Assembly: GCA_007135645.1 (NCBI GenBank)
Contig: SLIL01000028.1
Location: forward strand, 1-54,649
DNA from: Bacteroidales bacterium
GTDB lineage: Bacteria; Bacteroidota; Bacteroidia; Bacteroidales; UBA7960
Length of the DNA stretch: 54,649 nt
Reading direction: 5' to 3'
Position numbers and translations under genes: made by a program. The notes beneath the pieces were generated by a model, which saw only the letters and a program-made list of their open reading frames with translations, did not search any database and was not told where the DNA came from. This document shows positions 9,980 through 18,437 of the stretch, one piece after another; the stretch's first letter is position 1; every line of letters begins with the position of its first letter.

Positions 9980-11210
9980 CGGTAGGGTCGCCCACTTTTC
10001 CCATAAAGATTATTGAGTTACCCTGGTTTTCCTTGATGAAATAAACGAATGGCCGGTCAGCCCTGAAAATGGTTTTATCGTCATTAATTACCGCCGACTT
10101 CCTGATCATCACCACCGCCGTTGATGCAGCAGCCTCAGTGCCTTCTTCTTTTACATCAATAAAAGCCTGATGGATTACCTTGTCGATTTTCAGGTCGTTT
10201 GCTGTAGTCATACCACCAAAATCAGCCCTGTTGGAGAATGCGAGTGGCATTCCCATTGCTATCAGGGTTCTTTCCAGATCAAAGCCTGATCTGATCTGAA
10301 AAGAGGGCAGGTACACCTCTACATCTTCAAACATCATTTCCTGATTGATCCTGTTGAAAGAGGAAGGATCGAGGTTTTCAGTAAGGTTACTCAGTGAATT
10401 GCCTTCGGTTGGCAGCATAATAACCATTGAGAAATCACCGCCTTTGTACTGAAGTTCTATTGCCTGAAAATCATCATTTTCTGTGTACCTGAACCGGTCG
10501 CGCATAAACATTAATGGAGTGGTGACTTCTTGTCCGTCAGATGTGTAAAATATATTATCGTGGGTAGCATCGGGGTCGAAAGCGATCTGCCATTGTTCAA
10601 GAAAATAAATGGCATTCACCAGTACCAGCCGGGTATCTTCGATGAGCACCCCTGGTTTTATAAGGTCTTTGATCAGGTTATTGGTTCTGTTGGCAACCCA
10701 TTTATTGATACGGTTTCTGATTGCTTCTCTGTCTCCGGTGTAGTCTACTTCATAAAACCCGGTACGGTAGTAGTTTCGTAAAAGTTGAAAATATTCATCA
10801 CGAAAATGATAGCCTTCATGTGGCCATAATGAGTTTGCTACGAGCAGGCTGTTGTTTTTCCTTCCTTTTTCTTCAATGGCATTGAGCCATGCACTGAACT
10901 CGGGGTGAAAGACATCCTGTTCAGGATGGAATGCCAGGGTCATTGCCATTTCCCTGGCTGTTTCACCTCTGGCACCTGCATAGGTCATGGCCATAGCTGT
11001 TGAAATACTGAAAGGAGATATGACAATGTTTTTTTCTTCCCCGGTATTTATTTTATTGAAAATATCAAATGCAAAATAGTTGTTTCTCTGTTCAACTGGA
11101 ATAGTTTTCATATATTCGAGACGTTGTGATTTTTTTTTGCTTGAGCAGGATGTGAAAAGCAAAAGGGGCAGAAGTAAAAAAGGAGTTAATCTGAAAATTG
11201 TCTTACGCAT
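9960..11210 (-). CDS. Serpin-family protease inhibitor, probable lipoprotein
   Basis: 416-aa ORF. Signal peptide plus lipobox-like LLLFTSC. Serpin core. Inhibitory hinge EEGTEAAAST followed by AVVMIRK-SAV and FRADRPF. Confidence 0.88.
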   Translation of the reverse strand: MRKTIFRLTPFLLLPLLLFTSCSSKKKSQRLEYMKTIPVEQRNNYFAFDIFNKINTGEEKNIVISPFSISTAMAMTYAGARGETAREMAMTLAFHPEQDVFHPEFSAWLNAIEEKGRKNNSLLVANSLWPHEGYHFRDEYFQLLRNYYRTGFYEVDYTGDREAIRNRINKWVANRTNNLIKDLIKPGVLIEDTRLVLVNAIYFLEQWQIAFDPDATHDNIFYTSDGQEVTTPLMFMRDRFRYTENDDFQAIELQYKGGDFSMVIMLPTEGNSLSNLTENLDPSSFNRINQEMMFEDVEVYLPSFQIRSGFDLERTLIAMGMPLAFSNRADFGGMTTANDLKIDKVIHQAFIDVKEEGTEAAASTAVVMIRKSAVINDDKTIFRADRPFVYFIKENQGNSIIFMGKVGDPTVKPTDG

Positions 11211-11300
11211 AAATCAGTTTTTTAATAGTTCTCGTTTTTTGTTGAGTAATTGTAAGGTTAAATAAATATTTTGCAGGAATAAATATTAGCAGGGCAATTA

Positions 11301-12410
11301 TCATTCCAAATCCGGCAGGGTTATAATTACCTTTGCTCCATGGTGTCTGGAAGATTCAATGTGAATGCCCCCTTTTATCTTCTTTGCCATAGCCAGGCAG
11401 ATGATCAGGCCCAGTCCTGTGCCTTTTTCATTAAAAGTACCTATGGTTTTTGGGTGTGGTGTATCGAGCCTGAAAATGTTTTCAAGCACATCTTTGTCTA
11501 TTCCAACGCCCTGATCTGTTATTTCAACAGTTAATTCATTATTGTTTTTCTCAGCAATAATCTGTATTTCCCCTCCGGCATTTGAATACTTTATGGCATT
11601 TTGCAGCACTTCAGAGATAATTGCTTCTGCAAATTTATTATCCGAATTAAGAATCAGGGTGCTGGTAAGATTTATGTTTATTCGCAGCTGTTTTTCAGAT
11701 ATCTGCTTTTCAAATTTTTCAATAACTTGTTCAATCATCTCTTTTAAAACCAGTTGCTCAGCTTTTACCGGCCTGGTGTCTCTCTCAACCTGATCCCATT
11801 TTATCAGGCTCTTGACAAAGTGAAAAAGGTTGCTGCTGTCTGACAAAAGCAGGTTTGAAAGCTTCTTGATCTCATCGGTATTGATATTTTTTTGTGTTAG
11901 TTCCTGATCAAGAAATTCAGCTACTCCTTTTACTCCCGTGAGCGCATCTTTTATGTCATGGGTGATTATGGAATAAAACCTGGTCTTGATTAAATTCATT
12001 TGCTTAAGATTCTCACGTGCGGTTTTAAGTTCCAGGTGAGTCTGAACTCTTGCCAGCAATTCCTCGGTATTGAATGGTTTTATGATATAGTCAACAGCTC
12101 CGCATTGAAAACCCTTAATGATCTCTTCGCTTTGGTTGTTGGCTGTTAAAAACATAACAGGAATTTTCTCGGTAATGCCCATTTGCTTGAATCGGGTGCA
12201 AACCTCAAGGCCGGATATCCCTTGCATTAAAACGTCAAGCAGCACCATGTCCGGCTCAATTTCAGTTATTGCTTTCAGGGCTTCTTCACCTGATTGCACG
12301 CTAAAGAAAAGATAGTTTTGTTTGAACAATAACCGCTCTAAGGTTTTTACAACTATCGGATCGTCATCAACGATCATGATCTTGTATGGCTTTCGGGCAA
12401 TATCACGCAT
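11301..12410 (-). CDS. Hybrid two-component protein: N-terminal receiver + HisKA/HATPase kinase core
   Basis: Receiver (KIMIVDDDP ... LLDVLMQGISG), H-box ITHDIKDALTG, N-box LQNAIKYS, G-boxes DQGVGI / GTGLGL. Start placed at the ATG at 12410 (MRDIARKPYK...). The ORF is open to 12497, but that extension is aromatic/AT-rich and looks non-coding. Confidence 0.8.
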   Translation of the reverse strand: MRDIARKPYKIMIVDDDPIVVKTLERLLFKQNYLFFSVQSGEEALKAITEIEPDMVLLDVLMQGISGLEVCTRFKQMGITEKIPVMFLTANNQSEEIIKGFQCGAVDYIIKPFNTEELLARVQTHLELKTARENLKQMNLIKTRFYSIITHDIKDALTGVKGVAEFLDQELTQKNINTDEIKKLSNLLLSDSSNLFHFVKSLIKWDQVERDTRPVKAEQLVLKEMIEQVIEKFEKQISEKQLRININLTSTLILNSDNKFAEAIISEVLQNAIKYSNAGGEIQIIAEKNNNELTVEITDQGVGIDKDVLENIFRLDTPHPKTIGTFNEKGTGLGLIICLAMAKKIKGGIHIESSRHHGAKVIITLPDLE

Positions 12411-12626
12411 GCTGGGCAAACTTTTGTTACGAAAAAACGGATAAAATAAAAAGTGGTACAAGGTAATAAAAATGCACTTAAAATATTCTCTTTTCATCTG
12501 AGAAAGATAAAAAACATAAGAAAATGAGTAATTAACACAGTAATAAATGACAGGTATTTTTCAGTAATAGTTTACCTTCGAAATAAATTCAGTATTTTTA
12601 CTTGTTTGCCGATAATGAAATTGTAT

Positions 12627-12634
12627 TATATTTG
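12627..12634 (+). promoter_or_regulatory. Candidate Bacteroidota promoter (TTTG at 12605-12608, then TATATTTG)
   Basis: -33-like TTTG and -7 TATATTTG separated by 18 nt, about 59 nt upstream of the ATG at 12693. Confidence 0.45.
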
Positions 12635-12692
12635 TTAAGTGAATAATCGTACCAAAAATCAAAATATTAAAACCAACTAAACATTCAGGTTG

Positions 12693-13508
12693 ATGAAATC
12701 ATTATTAATAATGTTTTTCTCATTTATACTGATTTTGCTACTTTCCTTTGAAACAGAGGGGCAAAGCAGGTCTCCCGTATTTGAAAGAAGAACAACTGTT
12801 CAGCCACCCAGCCAGTCAAGGCCTCCCGGAGGAACCAGGCGTCCTCTGACTCCTTCAAGAAGATTACTGGCCATGCGCCAGATGGGCTGGGAGATAGGAG
12901 GGAATATCGGAACCTCTCACTCACTCACCGATGTTAGTGGAAGTTCAGTAGATCAACGACCTTCTTTCTTAAACACACAATGGAATACAACAAGTTTAAA
13001 TATTGGTGCCTTTGGACGATACCGTTTCCATGAGTACTTTGCAGGCAGAGCTTCTCTGAATTACGGCAGGGTGCATGGTGCCGATTCACTTGCCGAAGGA
13101 AGGTCAAGGAATTTCTATTTTGATAATAATATTATAGAACTGGCTGCCATTTTTGAAGTATATGTGCCAGTGGGTTCTCCCAATTTCCCATTTGATTTTT
13201 ATGGCTTTTTCGGCCTTGCCGGATTCTACCATAATCCCAACCTTACCGTTCCTGATCCTCCTCCCTCCGATTTTAATCCTGAAGAAATGGTTTACAGCAA
13301 TTTCCAGCCTGCCATACCCATGGGTGTCGGGTTTAATTATCAACTTACAAGAGATTTGAAAATAGGGTATGAAGTGGGATGGAGAAAAACATTTTTTGAT
13401 TACCTGGACGGGTTTACCCGCCCATGGAGCCGTGGCAGTGATAGCTATTACTTTGCCACTGTAAAGGTAACTTATCAATTGCCACAGTCCAGAAGGATGT
13501 GGTACTGA
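12693..13508 (+). CDS. Outer-membrane beta-barrel protein (DUF6089-like), paralog 1
   Basis: Signal peptide, Pro/Arg/Ser-rich linker, alternating beta-strand pattern, and C-terminal aromatic terminus. Shares GWEIGG..GTSHSLTD and GYEVGWRKTFFDYLDG blocks with the downstream gene. Confidence 0.7.
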   Translation: MKSLLIMFFSFILILLLSFETEGQSRSPVFERRTTVQPPSQSRPPGGTRRPLTPSRRLLAMRQMGWEIGGNIGTSHSLTDVSGSSVDQRPSFLNTQWNTTSLNIGAFGRYRFHEYFAGRASLNYGRVHGADSLAEGRSRNFYFDNNIIELAAIFEVYVPVGSPNFPFDFYGFFGLAGFYHNPNLTVPDPPPSDFNPEEMVYSNFQPAIPMGVGFNYQLTRDLKIGYEVGWRKTFFDYLDGFTRPWSRGSDSYYFATVKVTYQLPQSRRMWY

Positions 13509-13539
13509 TAACCTGAAAATACTTTATCTGTTTTTTTAA

Positions 13540-13572
13540 GCTGTCAAACCAAAAATTGACAGCTTTTTTTTT
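13540..13572 (+). terminator. Rho-independent terminator
   Basis: Stem GCTGTCAA / TTGACAGC (8 bp) with loop ACCAAAAA, followed by a run of 10 T. Confidence 0.8.
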
Positions 13573-13670
13573 GATTATTTACCATGTTCATGGTTAGCAT
13601 GTTTTTTTTTGCTATTTTTGGAACGATTTTGCCTGAGTAGAATTTTATTTTGCTAACCAAAACCAATGCA

Positions 13671-14684
13671 ATGAAAACCACTATCATCAATAAAGCTGTT
13701 ATAGCTGCATTTACTATTTGTATCATCTTTCTCGTATCCTCCGAAACCACTACTGCCAATGAGGTTTCAGGTATGGAGGCTTACGAATATCAGGGGTATG
13801 AACTTATAGGGTCAGGCTACTCCTTCCACCTGGCCCAAAGTGATAATTTCTTTCGGAGGCTGTTGGGAAGAAGTACTCGTCGTACAGCTTCGGAACCAAA
13901 AAGCCGGTCTCAAAGACATAACACGCAAAGACCACGTCGATACAGCCCACCAGCCAGTAATAGTCAAAACCCCGGAGCCATTGGCGGACAGGGTTCGGTT
14001 GGTGCAGCGGGTTCATCATCTGACATGAGTGCTGTAAGAAACACACCTAAGCCACCGCTTTATACTTCACGCAGAGATCAGTACACTGCTTTTGGTCACT
14101 GGGAACTGGGATTATTACTAGGCTCGTCGCACACACTTACCGATATTGGAGGAAGTAAAGGGTTGGGATTTGGTGATTTTGCCGATTATCATACTTCCAA
14201 TTTTGGCCTTAGTGGAGGAGTTTACGGAAGATACATCATGAATGACTGGTTTGCACTTAATCTGGGAATGAATTTTGCGAGTTTATCAGCAGAAAGGGAT
14301 CAACCTCTGCAGGTGGGAAATAATGAAGTGCTCAGATTTCAGAATGAAATATTTGAGTTTTTCTCCAATACAGAGTTTCGTTTACCTAATTTGGCCAGAA
14401 CGCCATGGGATATTTATGGGTTTATTGGTATAGGGGTATTTTTCAGTGATGCTTCTATTTATGGGGTTAATGATCAGCTCATTACAACCCAGGATGATTA
14501 CAGCCAGGTGCAACCCTTTATACCCTTTGGTGGCGGTTTTTCTGTAAAAGTTACCAATACGTTGAGGTTGGGTTATGAGCTGGGATGGAGAAATACCATT
14601 TTTCACTACCTTGATGGAGTGAAAAAAGATAACACCTACGACCATTATTTTCTCAATAGTCTTAAGATTGGTTTCACTTTCTGA
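13671..14684 (+). CDS. Outer-membrane beta-barrel protein (DUF6089-like), paralog 2
   Basis: Signal peptide and a longer basic/Ser-rich linker. Conserved blocks HWELGLLLGSSHTLTDIGGS and GYELGWRNTIFHYLDG. C-terminal F. ATG at 13671 chosen over the TTG at 13650. Confidence 0.7.
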   Translation: MKTTIINKAVIAAFTICIIFLVSSETTTANEVSGMEAYEYQGYELIGSGYSFHLAQSDNFFRRLLGRSTRRTASEPKSRSQRHNTQRPRRYSPPASNSQNPGAIGGQGSVGAAGSSSDMSAVRNTPKPPLYTSRRDQYTAFGHWELGLLLGSSHTLTDIGGSKGLGFGDFADYHTSNFGLSGGVYGRYIMNDWFALNLGMNFASLSAERDQPLQVGNNEVLRFQNEIFEFFSNTEFRLPNLARTPWDIYGFIGIGVFFSDASIYGVNDQLITTQDDYSQVQPFIPFGGGFSVKVTNTLRLGYELGWRNTIFHYLDGVKKDNTYDHYFLNSLKIGFTF

Positions 14685-14814
14685 CAGGTTTAAGATTTTA
14701 ATTCATCAAAACAGGCCTTTTCCCTTTTCCTCCCGGGAACGTGACAGAGGCCTGTAAATTTTTCATAGCACTATGTTCAATCAAGTATCCTTATCCTCTA
14801 AAAAATACGGGAAA

Positions 14815-16134
14815 ATGTATAAAATCTCCTTCCTTTTTCTAATACTGACGCTTGGCGTTTGTCAATGCACCAATGCCGGAGAGAATCTTGTTGACTTTAT
14901 AAAAAGCAGATCCATTGATCTGGCAACTTCAGCTGATCTTGATCCGCTTATCCTTGAAGCAGGCGACAGGAAACTCGTTTTGTTGGGAGAAGCGAGCCAT
15001 GGTACTCATGAATATTATATCTGGCGTGACTCCATCAGCCGCCGGTTGATCGGCGAACATAATTTCTCGTTTATCGCTGTAGAGGGAGACTTCGCCAGTC
15101 TTTTTGAGCTTAACCGTTATGTTAAGAATATGCCTGGAGCAGCTTCCTCAGCCCGTGAAGTACTCATGGGATTAACCAGATGGCCTCTGTGGATGTGGGG
15201 AAACCAGGAAGTAGAGGGTCTGGTTGAATGGCTTCGTGAGTTTAATGATCCCCTGCCTCAGGAACAAAAAGTGGGCTTCTATGGCATGGATGTTTATGAC
15301 GAATGGAGATCAAAAGATGCAGTGCTTGAGGTGTTGCAAAAATTCAATCCTGAAATTTATGCGCAGGTGAAGCAAAAGTATGAATGCTTTGCAGGGTTTG
15401 ACAGGGATAGCTGGCGATACGCTCAATCAGTGCAGCAGGGAGGTAATCCCTGTAATGAGCAAACCGGAAGAGTGGTGGAATTACTGCAAAACTCCAGAGA
15501 TCGGCTGGGGGATATTTCTGATTACGAATACTTCTTCCTTTTGCAAAATGCACGGGTAAAGCAGAATGCTGAAAAATTTTACCGCAAATCATTGACCAGG
15601 CAGGATGCTTCTTCATGGAACTCAAGAGTTCATCATATGCATAATACCGTAAATTACCTGCTCGATTTTTATGGCGATAATTCAAAGGGTATCGTATGGG
15701 CCCACAATACCCATGTTGGGGATGCCCGGTTTACGGAGATGTATACTGTGGGAAATCAGAATATTGGGGAGCTCAGCAGGGTGCATCATGGTCCTGAAAA
15801 TGTATTCTCTGTTGGTTTTACCACTTACACAGGAAGGGTTGTGGCAGGTGCATCGTGGGAATCCCGTATGCAAACCATGAGAATCTCATCTGCCAGAAGA
15901 GGCTCTGTGGAATACATCTTTAATCAAACAGAGAACGAAAGCTTCTACATGCTTTTTGATGATACTGACCGCACGCATGATGCTTTTATGCAGGCCATGG
16001 GACACAGGGCTATTGGAGTGGTATTTAATCCGGCCAACGAACCACGGCAATATGTAAATACCATAGTCCCTTTGCGCTATGATGCATTTATTTTCTTCAA
16101 TACAACGAGGGGATTGAACTCACTGCATCGTTAG
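14815..16134 (+). CDS. Erythromycin esterase (Ere) family protein with signal peptide
   Basis: LVLLGEASHGTHEYY and WAHNTHVGDAR family motifs. Start placed at MYKISFLFLILTLGVCQC (signal peptide). An alternative upstream ATG lies at 14773. Confidence 0.8.
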   Translation: MYKISFLFLILTLGVCQCTNAGENLVDFIKSRSIDLATSADLDPLILEAGDRKLVLLGEASHGTHEYYIWRDSISRRLIGEHNFSFIAVEGDFASLFELNRYVKNMPGAASSAREVLMGLTRWPLWMWGNQEVEGLVEWLREFNDPLPQEQKVGFYGMDVYDEWRSKDAVLEVLQKFNPEIYAQVKQKYECFAGFDRDSWRYAQSVQQGGNPCNEQTGRVVELLQNSRDRLGDISDYEYFFLLQNARVKQNAEKFYRKSLTRQDASSWNSRVHHMHNTVNYLLDFYGDNSKGIVWAHNTHVGDARFTEMYTVGNQNIGELSRVHHGPENVFSVGFTTYTGRVVAGASWESRMQTMRISSARRGSVEYIFNQTENESFYMLFDDTDRTHDAFMQAMGHRAIGVVFNPANEPRQYVNTIVPLRYDAFIFFNTTRGLNSLHR

Positions 16135-16192
16135 GATTATGTAATGTAAGTCAGAGGCTGGAAACAGCCCCCGGAAGAATTTATTTGCAGAT

Positions 16193-17368
16193 TTATCTTT
16201 TTACCGCGCTGAGTGGTTGAGCAAATGTTACAACATCGTTTTCGGTAATGGTCTTGTCGCACAGAATCGCCAGTCTTTCCACCACGTTTCTCAATTCTCT
16301 GATGTTTCCGGTCCAGTTGATTTTCTTCAGGGCCTCCAGGGAAGGTTCATCAAAAGTTTTAATGGGCATACCATGTTCGCTGATGATCTGTTCAAGGAAG
16401 TAATTGGCCAGCAAAGGGATGTCATCTTCGCGCTCATTAAGACTGGGCACATTGATTAAAATAACACTAAGCCGGTGATAAAGATCTTCCCTGAAATTCC
16501 CTTTCTGTATTTCCTGCTGGATATCTTTATTGGTTGCGGCCACAACTCTTACATCCACTGCAATCTCTTTTTCCCCGCCAACCCTGGTGATCTTGTTTTC
16601 CTGCAATGCTCTTAGTACCTTAGCCTGTGCAGCAAGGCTCATATCGCCAATTTCATCGAGAAAAAGTGTTCCCCCGCTGGCCAGTTCAAAGTTACCCTTC
16701 TTTTGTTTTATGGCTGAAGTGAATGAGCCCTTTTCATGTCCAAACAATTCACTCTCAATCAATTCAGATGGTATTGCAGCGCAGTTTACTTCAATGAAGG
16801 GGCCTTTGGAGCGGTTGCTGAGCTCGTGCAACCATCGTGCAACCAGTTCCTTTCCGGTGCCATTGGGGCCGGTAATAAAAATCCGTGCATCGGTAGGCGC
16901 CACTCGCTCTATCATTTCCTTGATATGTATGATAGCCGCTGATTCACCTATCATGTCATAGGTTTTGCTGACTTTGCGTTTCAATACACGGGTTTCAGTC
17001 ACCAGCTCACGTTTGTCCAGAGCGTTGCGGATAGTTATGAGCATGCGGTTTATATCAGGTGGCTTGGAGATAAAGTCGTAGGCTCCCTTTTTTATAGCTT
17101 CTACAGCTGTTTCGATAGTGCCATGGCCAGAGATCATCACAACAGTATTGTCAGGATCTTTTTCAAGAAGCTTTTCAAGTACTTCCATGCCGTCCATCTT
17201 TGGCATTTTTATATCCAGAAGGATAACATCGAATTTGTTCTCTGAAGCTTTTTCAAGTCCTTCAAAGCCATCTTCTGCCAGTTCTACTTCAAATTTTTCA
17301 TATTCAAGGATGTCTTTCAGCGTGTTGCGGATGCTTCTTTCATCGTCAATAACCAGTATTTTAGACAT
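16193..17368 (-). CDS. Sigma-54-dependent response regulator (receiver + AAA+ domain, no recognisable C-terminal HTH)
   Basis: 391-aa ORF. Receiver (ILVIDDE ... LLDIKMPKMDG), Walker A GPNGTGKE, sigma-54 contact loop GSFTSA (GAFTGA variant), Walker B LFLDEIG, RELRNVVER near the C-terminus. Confidence 0.88.
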   Translation of the reverse strand: MSKILVIDDERSIRNTLKDILEYEKFEVELAEDGFEGLEKASENKFDVILLDIKMPKMDGMEVLEKLLEKDPDNTVVMISGHGTIETAVEAIKKGAYDFISKPPDINRMLITIRNALDKRELVTETRVLKRKVSKTYDMIGESAAIIHIKEMIERVAPTDARIFITGPNGTGKELVARWLHELSNRSKGPFIEVNCAAIPSELIESELFGHEKGSFTSAIKQKKGNFELASGGTLFLDEIGDMSLAAQAKVLRALQENKITRVGGEKEIAVDVRVVAATNKDIQQEIQKGNFREDLYHRLSVILINVPSLNEREDDIPLLANYFLEQIISEHGMPIKTFDEPSLEALKKINWTGNIRELRNVVERLAILCDKTITENDVVTFAQPLSAVKR

Positions 17369-17393
17369 AAAGGGAAGGTGTTTTTTGAGGGGG

Positions 17394-18326
17394 TTAAACA
17401 GCGATTTTTTGGTAAATAAGATCTGCCAGAATTCCTTCTTTCAATGCATATGTAGAGTAATACAGTTTTTCGGTTTTAAACCTTTTCATGATATGACGGA
17501 TCAGAATGGCCGCATAAACGATCGTGTCAACCCTGTAATCCACAAGACCAGGCATATTTTTGCGCTCTTTTTCGCTGCTGACTATCAGTTTCCTGTATAG
17601 TTCCTTTAAATCATCGTTGTCAAATCGGTATAATTTGCCAATGGTTGTATTATCTCCTTTTTCAGCTTTTATCATATCGGCCAGCGACTCAAAAGAGCCA
17701 GAACATCCAATGAGGGTTTGAATAGGGTATTTCTTTAGTCGCATGGCAAGAGGCTGCAATGTATCTTTGAAATGATTTTTAGCTTTCTCAATCTCTTCGG
17801 GGATTATAGGGTCGCTGGGTTTTAATTCCTGCAAGAATCTGGCTGCTCCCAGTTCAAAGCTTTTTTTCCAGATCACCTGATTATCCTCTGCCATGATAAA
17901 CTCTGTACTGCCTCCTCCAATATCCATAACCAGTACCGGATTATTGAGGTCTTCAAGGGCCAGATTAACTCCTTTGAAAATATACTGGGCTTCGGTATCC
18001 CCATTTAAAACCTGGATGATCACCCCGGTTTTGTCAAAGATCTTTTTCACAAAGTCGGGGCCGTTCATGCTGCTTCTCACGGCAGAGGTTGCAACCGCTT
18101 TTATAGTATCAACTTTGTAATCCCTGGCAATGGCGTATAATTCAGTAAATGTTTTTATACCTCTTTGAAAAGCCTGTGGGGCAATTTTGTTGTCTGCGAG
18201 TCCTCCTTCTCCCAGCTTTACACTCTTTTTGGTATTGAGGATGATGCGGTGTTTTCCATTAACCTGGTATTCGGCAATAAGTAGGTTAAATGTGTTTGTT
18301 CCGCAATCTATTACCGCTGCAATCAT
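17394..18326 (-). CDS. ppx: Ppx/GppA-family phosphatase (exopolyphosphatase)
   Basis: 310-aa ORF with ASKHA-fold N-terminus AVIDCGTNTFNLLIAE and DIGGGSTEF. Confidence 0.85.
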   Translation of the reverse strand: MIAAVIDCGTNTFNLLIAEYQVNGKHRIILNTKKSVKLGEGGLADNKIAPQAFQRGIKTFTELYAIARDYKVDTIKAVATSAVRSSMNGPDFVKKIFDKTGVIIQVLNGDTEAQYIFKGVNLALEDLNNPVLVMDIGGGSTEFIMAEDNQVIWKKSFELGAARFLQELKPSDPIIPEEIEKAKNHFKDTLQPLAMRLKKYPIQTLIGCSGSFESLADMIKAEKGDNTTIGKLYRFDNDDLKELYRKLIVSSEKERKNMPGLVDYRVDTIVYAAILIRHIMKRFKTEKLYYSTYALKEGILADLIYQKIAV

Positions 18327-18365
18327 CTGGTAGGTTTTCTGTGATTTATTTATGTAAAATTAGCA

Positions 18366-18373
18366 CAAAGATA
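18366..18373 (-). promoter_or_regulatory. Candidate -7 promoter box TATCTTTG (minus strand) for the ppx / sigma-54 regulator unit
   Basis: Plus-strand CAAAGATA is TATCTTTG on the minus strand, 40 nt upstream of the ATG at 18326. Confidence 0.45.
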
Positions 18374-18437
18374 AAAAATATACAAACGAAAGGTATCTGC
18401 AGTCAAAAAATTTATATGACTGTTTAGAGTTAATCCA

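Noticed and set aside
13619-13633. Sigma-54-like promoter TGGAAC-N-TTGCC, 40 nt upstream of the second barrel gene. This seemed notable because a sigma-54 activator is in the window.
   Set aside because: The GG and GC dinucleotides are separated by 9 nt rather than the strictly required 10, and the -24 element is TGGAAC rather than TGGCAC.
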